DNA from: Squalus acanthias
Taxonomy: Eukaryota
DNA length: 64,000 nt
Assembly (NCBI GenBank): GCA_030390025.1
Contig: CM059433.1
Coordinates: 3,410,001-3,474,000 of the forward strand
Reading direction: 5' to 3'
The stretch's first letter is position 1, and the number at the start of each line of letters is the position of its first letter. Below, in pieces: positions 39,378 to 51,381 of this stretch. A program made the position numbers and the translations under genes. The notes beneath the pieces were generated by a model, which was not told the origin of the DNA, did not search any database, and saw only the letters and a list, made by a program, of their open reading frames with translations.

Positions 39378-39955
39378 TACATAGAAACATAGAAAAATAG
39401 GAGCAGGAGTAGGCCATTCGGCCCTTCGAGCCTGCTCCGCCATTCAATATGATCATGGCTGATCCTCTATCTCAATACCATATTCCTGCTCTCTCCCCAT
39501 ACCCCTTGATGCCTTTTGTGTCTAGAAATCTATCTATCTCCTTCTTAAATATATTCAGTGACTTGGCCTCCACAGCCTTCTGTGGCAGAGAAATCCACAG
39601 GTTCACCACCCTCTGAGTGAAGAAATTTCTCCTCATCTCAGTCCTAAATGTCCTACCCCGTATCCTGAGACTGTGACCCCTCTTTCTAGAGCCCCCAGCC
39701 AGGGGAAACATCCTCCCTGCATCCAGTCTGTCTAGCCCTGTCAGAATTTTATACGTTTCAATGAGATCCCCTCTCATTCTTCTAAACTCTAGTGAATACA
39801 GGTCTAGTTGACCCAATCTCTCCTCATACGACAGTCCTGCCATCCCAGGAATCAGTCTGGTGAACCTTTGCTGCCCTCTCTCTGTGGCAAGTATATCCTT
39901 TCTTAGGTAAGGAGACCAAAACTGCACACAGTACTCCAGGTGTGGTCTCACCAAG
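39378..39955 (-). mobile_element. CR1 3' fragment
   Basis: ORF 39472-39954 VRPHLEYC...RGDLIE; tail catagaaacatagaaa. Confidence 0.95.
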
Positions 39956-41409
39956 CAAAGTTGACCAAATCAACAACATGAAATACGTGCTCACTGTATG
40001 GATGGTCTCCTTCTTTCAAACAATGTACTTGTTCTAAACCTGTGAGTATGGGTCTGTGTTGCTACCAGTACCACTAGTAGAATGGTCAAGATACCAGTAA
40101 CAGTCCATGATGGAGTGTCTTAAACAGTCACTAGAATAAAAGTGGTCAGAGCTGCATGATATCAGAGACAGGCTGCTGGCATACATAGTCACCAATGACC
40201 CGCCTCTGGGGTTCTGTGAACTAGTGGTGGGTGTCTCCTCATGGCTGCCCGCTGAGGGCAGAACAATATGCAGCTAGAAGATAAACCAAACTTTCTGTTA
40301 TGGTTATCTCTACCCATTTCCTTCATGGCCCTAACTGCCGGTCTTCTTGAACACAAGATCCCAGCCTAGAAATCCCACAGACCTTTAAGAGGCGATGGAC
40401 AGGCAGCGGAGCAGGACTTCTGTCCACTGCTTAGGCCTCACCTGGACCTCATCCCAAATGCTGGGCAACCCACCTTGCTGTGCTGCTAGAATCTTGAAGC
40501 TGTACCTGGCTGCTCCAAGGGAGGAGCTTTAAGCCTTTAATGGACCAAAGGGAAACATTTTTTATTTATTCCACACGAGGAACAGTAGGCCAGCTCCAAT
40601 AATCGGTCCCCAGAAGTAACCCCCAAAATGCTTCTGATGTGTGGGGGTGGCAGAAGATGCATCTGCCTTCTCCACCAAGGACAGAGTTTGTGGGGTAAGT
40701 TAGAGGGGGCAGAAGCCCAACTGAACCAGGTTCCAGACAAAATTAAGATCCCCCCCCGCCACCCCCTGCAAACAATTGCGCCCCCCAGAGGGCTGAAAAT
40801 TCCAATGTTAGATGTAGCCGCACTCAGAAGATTGAGGACCAATACCCCGCCCGATGTTGTTTAGTCCCTTGAGTCAACATTAATCCAGCAAATTATGGGG
40901 GCCACAAATGGAGGCACTCATCTCCGAGACGCAGGCATCCAAGTCAGACATGGAGGTCTCCGAGGTGGAAATCTCCATGATATGTGGGATTGCTGATGTT
41001 TTCTTTTGACATTCCCATGCTACCTAATACTTGTCAGATTTAGTAAATGGTTTTAAACGAATCAGCACAGCAGTGACTTTAGTACCTCAACAATCAGGAT
41101 GTGAGCCTCCTGGGCCCTATAAAAATAAACTTTCCAACATAAATGTGCTGAGTGGAAAGGTGACAGAGCCTAATGTGGAGCATATAGCACTAGTGTCCCA
41201 TTACTTTCCATCCTGTCTCCAAACCTTCCACTCAGCATATTTGTATTGCCAGAAAGTTTACTTCAGTGATATTTGCATGGTTGCCATGGCATTGTGAGCA
41301 GAGGGTGAATGTTCTGTTACCTGCAGCTGGAAGCCCGGCCCACTGATCTCCATAACACCGACTTTTCAGGTCAAGCAATCCCTATCAGCTTCTGTGTTAC
41401 ATGTGTGAA

Positions 41410-41662
41410 CACCAGCACCTACAGGTTCCCCTCCAAGTCACACACCATCCTGACTTGGAAGTATATTGGCCGTTCCTTCATTGTCGCTGGGTCAAAATCC
41501 TGGAACTCCCTCCCTAACAGCACTGTGGGAGCACCTTCACCACACGGACTGCAGCGGTTCAAGAAGGCGGCTCACCACCACCTTCTCAAGGGCAATTAGG
41601 GATGGGCAATAAATGCTGGCCTTGCCAGTGACACCCACATCCCGTGAATGAATAAAATAAAA
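41410..41662 (+). mobile_element. 3' end of the second LINE family
   Basis: RSFIVAGSKSWNSLP...FKKAAHHHLLKGN*, tail gaatgaataaaataaaa. Confidence 0.92.
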
Positions 41663-42913
41663 TCAACATTTTGATCATCTGTTGTGCTACAAGTTATAAT
41701 TTGTTTGGTTTTCTTCTGGGTATCATGGGATCTCTTCCTGACTTTCTATGGCTGAAGGACTTGGTGTTGATGTGGCTGGCGATCTCCTCCTAGGTTTGCT
41801 TTTTTGTATACGGCTTGGAATAGAGTAATAGAATATGGGTTCATATCCGTGATTCCCCGTAAAACTTAAGTTCCCAGTATCAGCTGACAGGTACCAAGTG
41901 GGATAGACACTTTCTTCCCGACGGAGAGGGAGTGAGACAACCTATTGACCTTCTCGTGTCTAGAGATTAGATCTAGGTTTTGAATGAATGAAACAATCAC
42001 AATTCATGTCCTTGAGCTTGTAATCTGGTTTGATCCTCAGCAGGAACCTTGCAGTATGATTATGATTATGAATCACAAACAATGGTGGTGTGCCAGGGCA
42101 GAATGGGATTATAATGTTTTGCATATACGCTCAAACACTAGGCCATTGTAGTTAACCCAAACTCATGAATTAGGGAGTCTTCAAATGTGTAATGAAGAAA
42201 GGTACATAGTTAGGAACTGTAATATTCTTAGTTAGCTGAATAGTTTCCATTATCACCGCAGAACTCAACTGCTGTGCCAACTGTTTCAATCATCTACTCC
42301 CAGTCAGGAGAATTAGGCTGCTGGATTAGTCTCTCTGACATCCTCACAGAAACAGAATTCACGCCTGACACATACTACGACACAAGTCAATGACCTTGGC
42401 CGGGTGATGCACATTCCATATCTGCTCCTCGGGCAGCGCTTAGTGCCAGATTTCAACAACTACTAAAAATGCCGAGTCAATGTACACACAGCATACTGTG
42501 AGAGTAATAGCAGAAGCGCCAGAGATACAGAGGGTTGTCGTCATTTGAGTTTTGATCCTGACAGACCAGCTGTGCATTTTCAGAATTTTCTGTTTTTATT
42601 TCAGATATCCAAGATTTATAGTATCTCTATAAAAATAACAGAAGTCTAGCATGACTGAAAGATAAGTAATAAACCTACAAAAACTGTGGGTCTATTGCTC
42701 TCATTGTTTTTTTCTGAAATAATTTAACCCTCTTGATTATACTGCAGCAAGGTAACTTCCATTTGCTATTATTCTACATTTGACCAGCTGTTGAGGGTCC
42801 TTGCACAGAAAAGCAAGTGGAAGAAATTGCTTTGAAACACTTGCTTCAATAACTTTTCTCACTATGAATTTGCATTGTACATAGATTTCTGGAAGTGCGC
42901 GACGTAAAATAAT

Positions 42914-43596
42914 GGGCCGTATTTTCCAATCGGAGGTTTCCCCCGTGCGGAGGCCTCCGATCTGGAAAAAATCTATGCCCTTACCTGAGGGCTCCCGAGG
43001 TCTGGACACTTCCGCTCCTGGGCCTCTCCAACTCGAATTGCGCAGGGCCCACGTATCCCAGGGGCAGGCGGTTCGCAATCGTCCCTGGGATCACGTGGGC
43101 CATGGGGAGCCAATCACAGAAGGGAAACTACTTTCATACACTTGACAGATAGACCTGTCAAATATATGAATGGAGATCACCCCGAAAACACTGTAAAACA
43201 TTAAATAAATTTTTTTTTAAATCGCATTTTTAAAATGAGTTGAAATTACAATAAATTAAATATTTTTAGTAAAAATGTAATTTTAAAAAAAATTATGTTT
43301 TTTACGGGGCTAAAAATAAACTTACCTTTTTTAAAGTATTTTTAAATTATAAATGAGTGAAAAAAATTATTTTTTTTTACTTTTTTTCAAATCTTATGGT
43401 TTACCAGGCATAAGATTTCTAAGGGTTTTCTGCGGGCGGAGGTTCTCCAGAAAGTGGAACTCTCCCCCCCGCAGAGGCCCTTCTCCAGGGCAGGCGTCCG
43501 ATCTGTCAAGAGGATTCTTGCGCTTGGCATGCCTGAAACCGGCATTTCTGATGTCCCTACGGGTGCGTACACAGTAGGGATCGGAAAATACGGCCC
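42914..43596. mobile_element. Harbinger/Tourist-type MITE with perfect AAT TSD
   Basis: aat|gggccgtattttccaatc ... gatcggaaaatacggccc|aat (18-bp TIR, 1 mismatch). Confidence 0.93.
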
Positions 43597-44147
43597 AATA
43601 TATTTGTGATTCTTCATAGATTATTACAAGCTCCCACACTACAGGCTCTCCGTTGCATTGACAATAATGGACAGTAGGGGCCAGTATGGATCCAAGCTCT
43701 CGTCAAGCAGCATCTCCACTACAAGTAATATCGATTATGCTGCAAGTGCAATCATTGCACTAGAGCCCAAACACCAGTCAGGCAGCCAGATGGCCTCTAA
43801 TCTAGTTTATGTTCAAGTTGTGTGAGTATTTGCATTAAATTACAATAAAAATTCAAATAAAGTAATATATTGTGTAACCATAACCAAAATCATTGACTAA
43901 TGTGAAAACAGGGGCTGAATATAAATTGCAAAATTTATCATTCATTACTAACGCAGCAATGTGAACGTGACATAGAAATATCCTCTGTTTGAAAGAGTGC
44001 TGACTCAAATGAATTTTAGAAGTTCAATTTGAAAAGCAGAAGAAAAATTGCATATTCAGAAAACAGAGAGATCAGTAACCAGAGGGCATAGATTTAAAGT
44101 GAGAAGTCGCACAACACCAGGTTATAGTCCAACAGTTTTATTTGAAA

Positions 44148-44185
44148 TCACGAGCTTTCGGAGCGGCTGCTCCTTCGTCAGGTGA
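44148..44185 (-). ncRNA. Minimal hammerhead ribozyme motif (left arm)
   Basis: Minus strand tcac-CTGACGA-a-ggagc-agcc-gctcc-GAAA-gc-TC-gtga. Confidence 0.75.
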
Positions 44186-44190
44186 AGACT

Positions 44191-44227
44191 TTACCTGACG
44201 AAGGAGCAGCGCTCCGAAAGCTTGTGA
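44191..44227 (+). ncRNA. Minimal hammerhead ribozyme motif (right arm)
   Basis: ttac-CTGACGA-a-ggagc-agc-gctcc-GAAA-gc-TT-gtga. Confidence 0.75.
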
Positions 44228-44769
44228 TTTCAAATAAAGCTGTTGGACTATAACCTGGTGTTGTGCGACTTCTCACTTTTGTCCACCCCAGTCCAACACC
44301 GGCATCTCCACATCATAGATTTAAAGTCATTGGTAGAAGGATTAGAGGGGAGTTGAGGAGAACTTTTTTTCACCCAGAGGGTGGTGGGGGTCTGGAACTC
44401 ACTGCCTGAAAGGGTGGTAGAGGCAGAAACTCTCATCGCATTTAAAAAGTACTTGAAGTGCTGTAACCTACAAGGCTACGGACCAAGAGCAGGAAAGTGG
44501 GATTAGGCTGGATAGATCTTTGTCGGCCGGCACAGACAAGATGGGCCGAATGGCCTCCTTCTGTGCTGTAAATTTCTATGATTCTATGATTCTCTGTTAC
44601 AGACAGGACAGTGCTGCAAATAGAAAATAACATTAGCAAGATATTTTCTAACCTATAATCATCAAACATAAGGAAGTTTTAAGTGAAAGTAAAAGCTCTG
44701 ACACTCGTAATATGGTGGAAAGTAAAGTAACTGACATCCTATTTTCACTCTGGATATATTTACCATTCT

Positions 44770-45154
44770 GGGCTGGATTTTCAATGACCCGTGGAGTCGG
44801 GTTTGGAGGCGTGTGGGGGGTTAAAGTTGCAGATTCGGGGGTCCCGACCCCATCCCGCCTCCAAGAGGAGGGAGAGGCCATTAAAGCCCTTAACAAGCCC
44901 TAAATTGGCTCTGTAATGCCATTTTGAAACATTTCAGCTAGTTTAACCCTTTTCCGACGTGAAGCACGCCTGATGTGAAACACGCCAGTGAAACCTGGCG
45001 GGAGCACAAGTGGATAGCTGACTATCAGCTGCAGGTTCACTATTACAATGGAGATGTGATGAAGGTAGTAGTAGTATTAGGTCTGAAAGTCGCCTCTGAT
45101 GCTGCTGCATTGAATGTCTTCAGAGACTGCCTGGGAGGACTTGGTTGCAAAAAA

Positions 45155-45203
<49 letters not shown>

Positions 45204-45496
45204 TCTCTCTCTCCTCTCTCTCTCTGTCCTTAGAGCTGCTGCTCATTTTGCATCCAGGTCCTCTCACAGCAAAGGCCAGGCAGTCTCTGACCTGCAATGC
45301 TGCAGCAATGATGACATCATCAGAGGCGACTTTCAGACTGAAACCACTAATTGGTTCATGGGTTCCCACATGCTGGAACTCAATTGCCCAATTAAGTGAA
45401 AATTGCATCAATCTCCCACATCCAAACGCAGTCGGGTGGATAACACGAAATGCGGATGACACGACCCCAACCCGCCCCAGTATCAAAATCCAGCTC
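44770..45496. mobile_element. Harbinger MITE with TCT TSD, related to the element at 60766
   Basis: tct|gggctggatttt ... aaaatccagctc|tct; 44848-45033 is similar to 60887-61072. Confidence 0.9.
45157..45224. repeat. (CT)n microsatellite
   Basis: About 22 perfect CT units plus imperfect extension. Confidence 0.95.
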
Positions 45497-45803
45497 TCTG
45501 TTTCAAGAAATCAATAACTGGTTGATTTGTAAGTCTGGTTATTACACTATTATAATGCCCTAATGCAGCAAAAACATTTGGGAATCAGACCCTAATAAAA
45601 TGATGCACGTAGAATAATGTATCTTCCAAGTTATAGGCACTGGTTATCTGGACTATGTCTGTAATCTACGAAAAGTTTTTTTTTGTAAACCTGCCAAATT
45701 TCCTATTAAAAAGTTATTGTTGACTTAGTTCTGGCCAGTCTTAGATTTTCTATTGAGAAACCTAGGTGAGGGCCAAGGTCAATAGTATAGGTCTCCACTG
45801 TTG

Positions 45804-46256
45804 AAAAGAAAGACTTGCATTTCTATAGCGCCTTTCATGACCACCGGATGTCTCAAAGCACTTGACAGCCAATTAAGTACTATTTTTGGAGTGTAGTCAC
45901 TGTTGTAATGTGGGAAACGCAGCAGCCAATTTGCGCACAGCAAGCTCCCACTAACAGCAATATGATAATGACCAGATAATCTGTTTTCGTGATGTTGATT
46001 GAGGGGTAAATATTGGCCACAACTCCCCTACTCTTCTTCAAAATAGTGCCATGGGATCTTTTACGTCCACCTGAGAGAGCAGACGGGGCCTCGGTTTAAC
46101 GTCTCATCTGAAAGACGGCACCTCAGACAGTGCAGCACTCCCTCAGCACTGCACTGGAGTGTCAGCCTAGCTTTATGTGCTCAAGCCCCTGCAGTGAGAC
46201 TTGAACCCACAACCTTCTGACTCAGAGGTGAGTGTGTTACCCACTGAGCCACAGCA
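45804..46256 (-). mobile_element. Full-length DeuSINE-like tRNA SINE with an L2-like tail
   Basis: Minus strand: tggctcagtggg A-box, gggttcaagtc B-box, central domain, tail ctatagaaatgcaagtctttctt. Confidence 0.88.
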
Positions 46257-46769
46257 TAGGAGAGATGAGTTAAATCAGGAGCTAGTGAGTAGATGATGCA
46301 AGTCATGGGCCTAGAAATTGGAGGAGTTATTGCTGCTGTTACGGCCCGTTTCTCAAAAAAAAGGCAGCTGCCTCACTTCCACCCGTGGCGGCCGCTATTT
46401 TCGTCTGTCCGCGTTCGCTAGGGATATGTAGATTGTACAATTCAGGTCGTCAGTGAGTGTGCAACGCTCACCTGACGCCCGATCTGCCATTTTGAAGTTC
46501 GCCACTCAACTTACTGTGAGAATTACAACCAGCTGAGCAAGCGTTGGCCAACAGCAAGGAGTCTCCAGCAGTAATATTTAACGGGATCATCAGCAACAAC
46601 TTGCTGCTGACAGGTTTGTTCAGTTTGACTGGCTCTGTGCAACTTTCTGCAACTCCAGCAGCTTTATAAACTTCTTTCAAGATCCTAAGGTAACAGGGAG
46701 TGTTGGGGCAAGTGGAGAACGCCTTCATTCTTATTTAAAGGCTTCTGCTCACAACACTTGCTCACTGTC

Positions 46770-47919
46770 ATGGGGGCTCTACTGACAGTCCCCCTCGCGC
46801 TCGAGTATCTTCGGGAGAGGGAGTGGAGGCAGCGAAGAAGAGGAGAAGATGTGCACAGAGGGAGGAGGAGGAGGGCTCTCAACAGGAGGTCTTACCCACC
46901 TAGGGTCTTCAGAGAGCACGTATATCCAGTTAAGCCAAGAGCTGTGTATTAGGAGGCTCTGCTTCACCAAGGAGGTGGTCACAGAACTCTGCCACCTCCT
47001 GCAACCAGACCTCCAGCCTCAGACTAGGGCGACCACAGCTCTCCCAGTGGCAGTCAAGGTCACCGTGGCCCTCAATTTCTTTGCCAGCGGATTCTTCCAG
47101 TCTGCAGCAGGAGACATAGCTAACATCTCGCAGTTCACCATCCATCGCTGCATCCGGGAGGTCACAGAGGCTCTCTACAGCAGGAGAAGGGATTATGTTG
47201 TCTTCTCTCTGAGCAGAGAGATGCAGGAGGAGCGCGCATGTGGCTCTGCCAGGTTAGCGGGATTCCTCATGGTGCAGGGCGCCATCGACAGCACCCACAT
47301 GGCTTTGCGGGCACCACATAACAATCCTGAGATCTTCTGTAACCGCAAAGTCAACCACTCACTTAATGTGCAGTTCATGTGCGACCACACACAGCGCATC
47401 CTGATGGTCAATGCCCACTATCCTGGCAGCAGCCATGATGCCTTCATCCTGCGTCAGTCCGGTGTGCCAGCAATCTTCCAGCCACCACAGCAAACCCAAG
47501 GGTGGCTGGTCAGAGACAAGGGCTATCTGCACTCCGCCTGGTTCATGACTCCCCTCCGTAACCCCAACACTCGTGCCCAGCACTCATAAAATGAGAGCCA
47601 TGCTTCCACCAGGAACATCATCGAGCAGATCATCGGGTTGCTGAAGCAATGGTTCCGCTGCCTTGACCGCTCGGGAGGAGCCCTCCAGTACTCGTCGGAG
47701 CGGGTGTCCCATTTCATGGTGGTTTGCTGCATGCTTCCCAACTTGGCCATCATGAGGGCCCAGCCCTTGCCACCAGGGATTGCAAGGCCACCTCAGGAAG
47801 AGGACGAGGCAGAGGAGGAGGAGGAAGAGGAAGAGGAGCAGGACGAGGAGGAAGGGAGAAGTCAGGCCACAAATCCCCCTGCCATACGGGCTGTCCATAA
47901 ATGCCTCATCAGACTCTGA
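46770..47919 (+). pseudogene. Harbinger (HARBI1-like DDE) transposase with one frameshift and one stop
   Basis: [50 protein letters not shown]; frameshift near 46920, TAA at 47587; acidic tail. Confidence 0.95.
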
Positions 47920-48172
47920 TCCAAGTGAATGAAACCCCAGATCATCGTTGCACACCTCATCCCCATCAACCACATCCCCATCACACCATCCCTCTGTCAC
48001 AGAATATCACAGCGTCCTCCTGGGCACAAAGCTGAAATGGGAGCCACCACAAAACAAACATTCCAGACAAATTAATAAATTTATAACTATTCAATCACCA
48101 TTACAATATCAACTAATCACTCTTGTGCAATTCCTTAGTGCCTGTTGTTCATGTTCTTTACCTACTCTGGTG

Positions 48173-51100
48173 CTCCTACGCAGTGCTACCCCAGTGGCTG
48201 CAGCATGGCTGGTGGAAGGCTGCTGACTTTCCGTGGGGGAGACTTCAGATGGCCTTGCAGGACGACCTCGACCAGCAGGTGGACCTAGAAGGCCCGGCTG
48301 TAGTCTGCACCACCTCAGCACGAGCGGCAGCAGTCTGGGCTGTCTGACAGGCAGTGACAAGGACAACCATGGATTGACTGTGGTGGGAGTAGGAATGCTG
48401 GTATCCTGAGAGAGGACAGCAGGTTCCTGCACCACAGACCCACTGCCACTCCCCCGGGGCAGAGCTTAAGCATTCCTAGCAACCTGTTGGAGCACAGATT
48501 GCTGGGCTGCTGCGACACCCTGCAAGCCCCTTTAGATCCTCTTAAACCCAGCCACGATGGCCGCAGTCTGAGGTTGGGTGGCAGCAAGCGGAGCCTACAT
48601 GAGCGCAGTCAGTGCTTCCACTGCAGCACTGAGACATTGGGTCGCTTCCGCTGCAGTGGAAGCCGCGACACCACCCATCGCACGCAGCATCATGGCTGGG
48701 TCCACAAGGTCTCTCCTGGAGTTGTCCATCATTTCCAGCCTGGAAATCATGGGCTCCAAGCTCTGGTCAAAGCCCCGTCCAATGTTGGTGCCAGACTCCT
48801 CCATGCTCCCTGACATTGCCAAGAGGCTCTCTGGCAGTCTTGCACTTGCACCTAGCAATTCGGTGTGCATTCCCATCACCCTTCTTCTGAAGGCCGCCCC
48901 ATCAAGGTCATCATCTGAGTCATGTGCAGCAGAACTTGTGCACGAACTCGCCCTCCAGGGAGCAGGCCCCTGAGCTACCCTTTCCCCCTGGCCTTGCTAC
49001 AGCCCACTCGTGCCCGGTGCCTCACCCTGTGCAGATCCCGCCTCTATTCTACCCTCTACATTCGGCGCAGTGCCAGTTTCTGAGCTGGTGTCTGTGAGTG
49101 TCAGATGCAGCGACGGTGTGTCTTCTTCTTCATCTCCACTCTCCTCCTGTACTTTGGGGCTGTGTGGGTGGCAGTTCTTGGTCATCTGAAAGCAGAAAGG
49201 CACAAGAGTCAGGTTATGGTGAGGGGAGGGGGGAAAGCAAGATATCCAAGCATACACCATCAGCAGCTTGTAAGTGAGAAGAGATTGTGGGATGAGGGGG
49301 ATGTGGGATGTGAGAAGAAGGATTAGGAATGAGCGTACCGATATTGTCCCCAAGGGCTTCAACTTCTTCCGTTGCCACGGCCTTGGTCACTGCCCCTCCA
49401 ATGATGTCGAGCACGCTCTCCTCCAGTTGGCTGAGGGTCTGTACAGCGGCTTGGCTGCCTCCCGTCTGCCACTGCTGGTGATAATTGTGAGCCACCTTGT
49501 CCTGCAAGAGAAAGGGAAGCGTGTCAGTGAGAGTAGTGCAATGTGTTTGGGTGATGTGTGTCAGTGAGTGTGGTGCAATGTGTTTGGGTGATGTGTGTGT
49601 CAGTGAGTGTGGTGCAATGTGTTTGGGTGATGTGTGTGTCAGTGAGTGTGGTGCAATGTGTTTGGGTGAAGCGTGTCAGTGAGTGTGGTGCAATGTGTTT
49701 GGGTGAAGCGTGTCAGTGAGTGTGGTGCAATGTGTTTGGGTGAAGTGTGTCAGTGAGTGTGGTGCAATGTGTTTGGGTGATGTGTGTCAGTGAGAGTAGT
49801 GCAATGTGTTTGGGTGAAGTGTGTCAGTGAGTGTGGTGCAATGTGTTTGGGTGAAGTGTGTGTCAGTGAGTGTGGTACAATGTGTTTGGGTGATGTGTGT
49901 CAGTGAGTGTGGTGCAATGTGTTTGGGTGAAGTGTGTCAGTGAGTGTGGTGCAATGTGTTTGGGTGATGTGTGTCAGTGAGTGTGGTGCAATGTGTTTGG
50001 GTGAAGTGTGTCAGTGAGTGTGGTGCAATGTGTTTGGGTGTCAGTGAGTGTGGTGCAATGTGTTTGGGTGAAGTGTGTCAGTGAGTGTGATGCAATGTGT
50101 TTGGGTGAAGTGTGTCAGTGAGTGTGGTGCAATGTGTTTGGGTGACGTGTGTGTCAGTGAGTGTGGTGCAATGTGTTTGGGTGAAGTGTGTGTCAGTGAG
50201 TGTGGTGCAATGTGTTTGGGTGACGTGTGTGTCAGTGAGTGTGGTGCAATGTGTTTGGGTGAAGTGTGTGTCAGTGAGTGTGGTGCAATGTGTTTGGGTG
50301 ATGTGTGTCAGAGAGTGTGGTGCAATGTGTTTGGGTGAAGTGTGTCAGTGAGTGTGGTGCAATGTGTTTGGGTGAAGTGTGTCAGTGAGTGTGGTGCAAT
50401 GTGTTTGGGTGATGTGTGTGTCAGTGAGTATGGTGCAGTGTGTTTGGGTGAAGTGTGTCAGTGAGTGTGGTGCAATGTGTTTGGGTGAAGTGTGTCAGTG
50501 AGTGTGGTGCAATGTGTTTGGGTGAAGTGTGTGTCAGTGAGTGTGGTGCAATGTGTTTGGGTGAAGTGTGTCAGTGAGTGTGGTGCAGTGTGTTTGGGTG
50601 AAGTGTATCAGTGAGTGTGGTGCATTGTGTTTGGGTGAAGTGTGTGTCAGTGAGTGTGGTGCAGTGTGTTTGGGTGATGTGTGTCAGTGAGCGTGGTGCA
50701 TTGTGTTTGGGTGAAGTGTGTCAGTGAGTGTGGTGCAGTGTGTTTGGGTGAAGTGTATCAGTGAGTGTGGTGCAATGTGTTTGGGTGAAGTGTGTGTCAG
50801 TGAGTGTGGTGCAGTGTGTTTGGGTGAAGTGTATCAGTGAGTGTGGTGCAATGTGTTTGGGTGAAGTGTGTGTCAGTGAGTGTAGTGCAGTGTGTTTGGG
50901 TGATGTGCCTGCCATAGTTGAATAGCTGTCAGTGTGTGTAAGTGTGAGATGTGAGTGTGAATGTTTGCAGCAGTGTTAAGGTTGTGAGGGTGCAGTGAAG
51001 TCATGATTGTGAGGTGTGAGTGGTGATAGCTGGAGATTGCTGGTAGGTGAGTCATGGGGGTGTGGTGCATTGAGCGATGTGCGAAGCTTGTGGTGCAGAT

Positions 51101-51381
51101 GCTGGGATATGGCATTTGCTGAAGCCTTCACTCACCTTGACCTGCCGTGTGAGGTCATTAAACTTCTTGTGGCACTGGACCCAGTGGATCCTCGGTACGA
51201 CACTGTTGGCTGTGGCGTGCCCAGCTATCTCTTGCCACAGTCTTCTTGCTGTATGCACTGATGGCTTCCTGCCACACTGCGGGAACAGGACAGCCCACTT
51301 CCTCTCTACTGCCAGTACCACTGCCTCCAGAGCCGCAGCAGAGAACCTTCGGGCTCGTTCTCTTTGCTGGTGCTCAGCCAT
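48173..51381 (-). pseudogene. Harbinger Myb/SANT DNA-binding protein gene, 3 exons (51381-51136, 49501-49339, 49185 to ~48173)
   Basis: RARRFSAAALEAVV...LWQEIA...QCHKKFNDL trihelix; aag|gtgag, ttgcag|gac, tcg|gtacg and tttcag|atg splice sites. Confidence 0.85.
49520..50905. repeat. 36-38-bp minisatellite, roughly 37 copies
   Basis: gtgtcagtgagtgtggtgcaatgtgtttgggtga(a/t)gt(gt) tandem units. Confidence 0.97.

Larger units (their letters stand above)
44101..44313 (+). mobile_element. Palindromic Penelope-pLTR mini-element, copy A
   Basis: ~88-bp inverted arms centred near 44188; TSD catagatttaaagt at 44087-44100 and 44314-44327. Confidence 0.92.
44075..44592 (+). mobile_element. CR1 3' fragment interrupted at 44100
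   Basis: Similar to 28035-28330; RGHRFKV resumes after the insertion. Confidence 0.9.

Noticed and set aside
44975..45517. 180-aa and 147-aa ORFs with SL/RE repeats
   Set aside because: They read through a (CT)n microsatellite inside a MITE.
46180..46256. tRNA gene
   Set aside because: The A/B boxes belong to a SINE head; no full cloverleaf evident.
46770..47919. Domesticated host HARBI1 gene
   Set aside because: Lies within TIRs, is paired with a Myb gene and is disrupted; a transposon copy.
49520..50905. CRISPR-like or Cys/Val-rich coding array
   Set aside because: Head-to-tail repeats without unique spacers; the ORFs are translations of the minisatellite.
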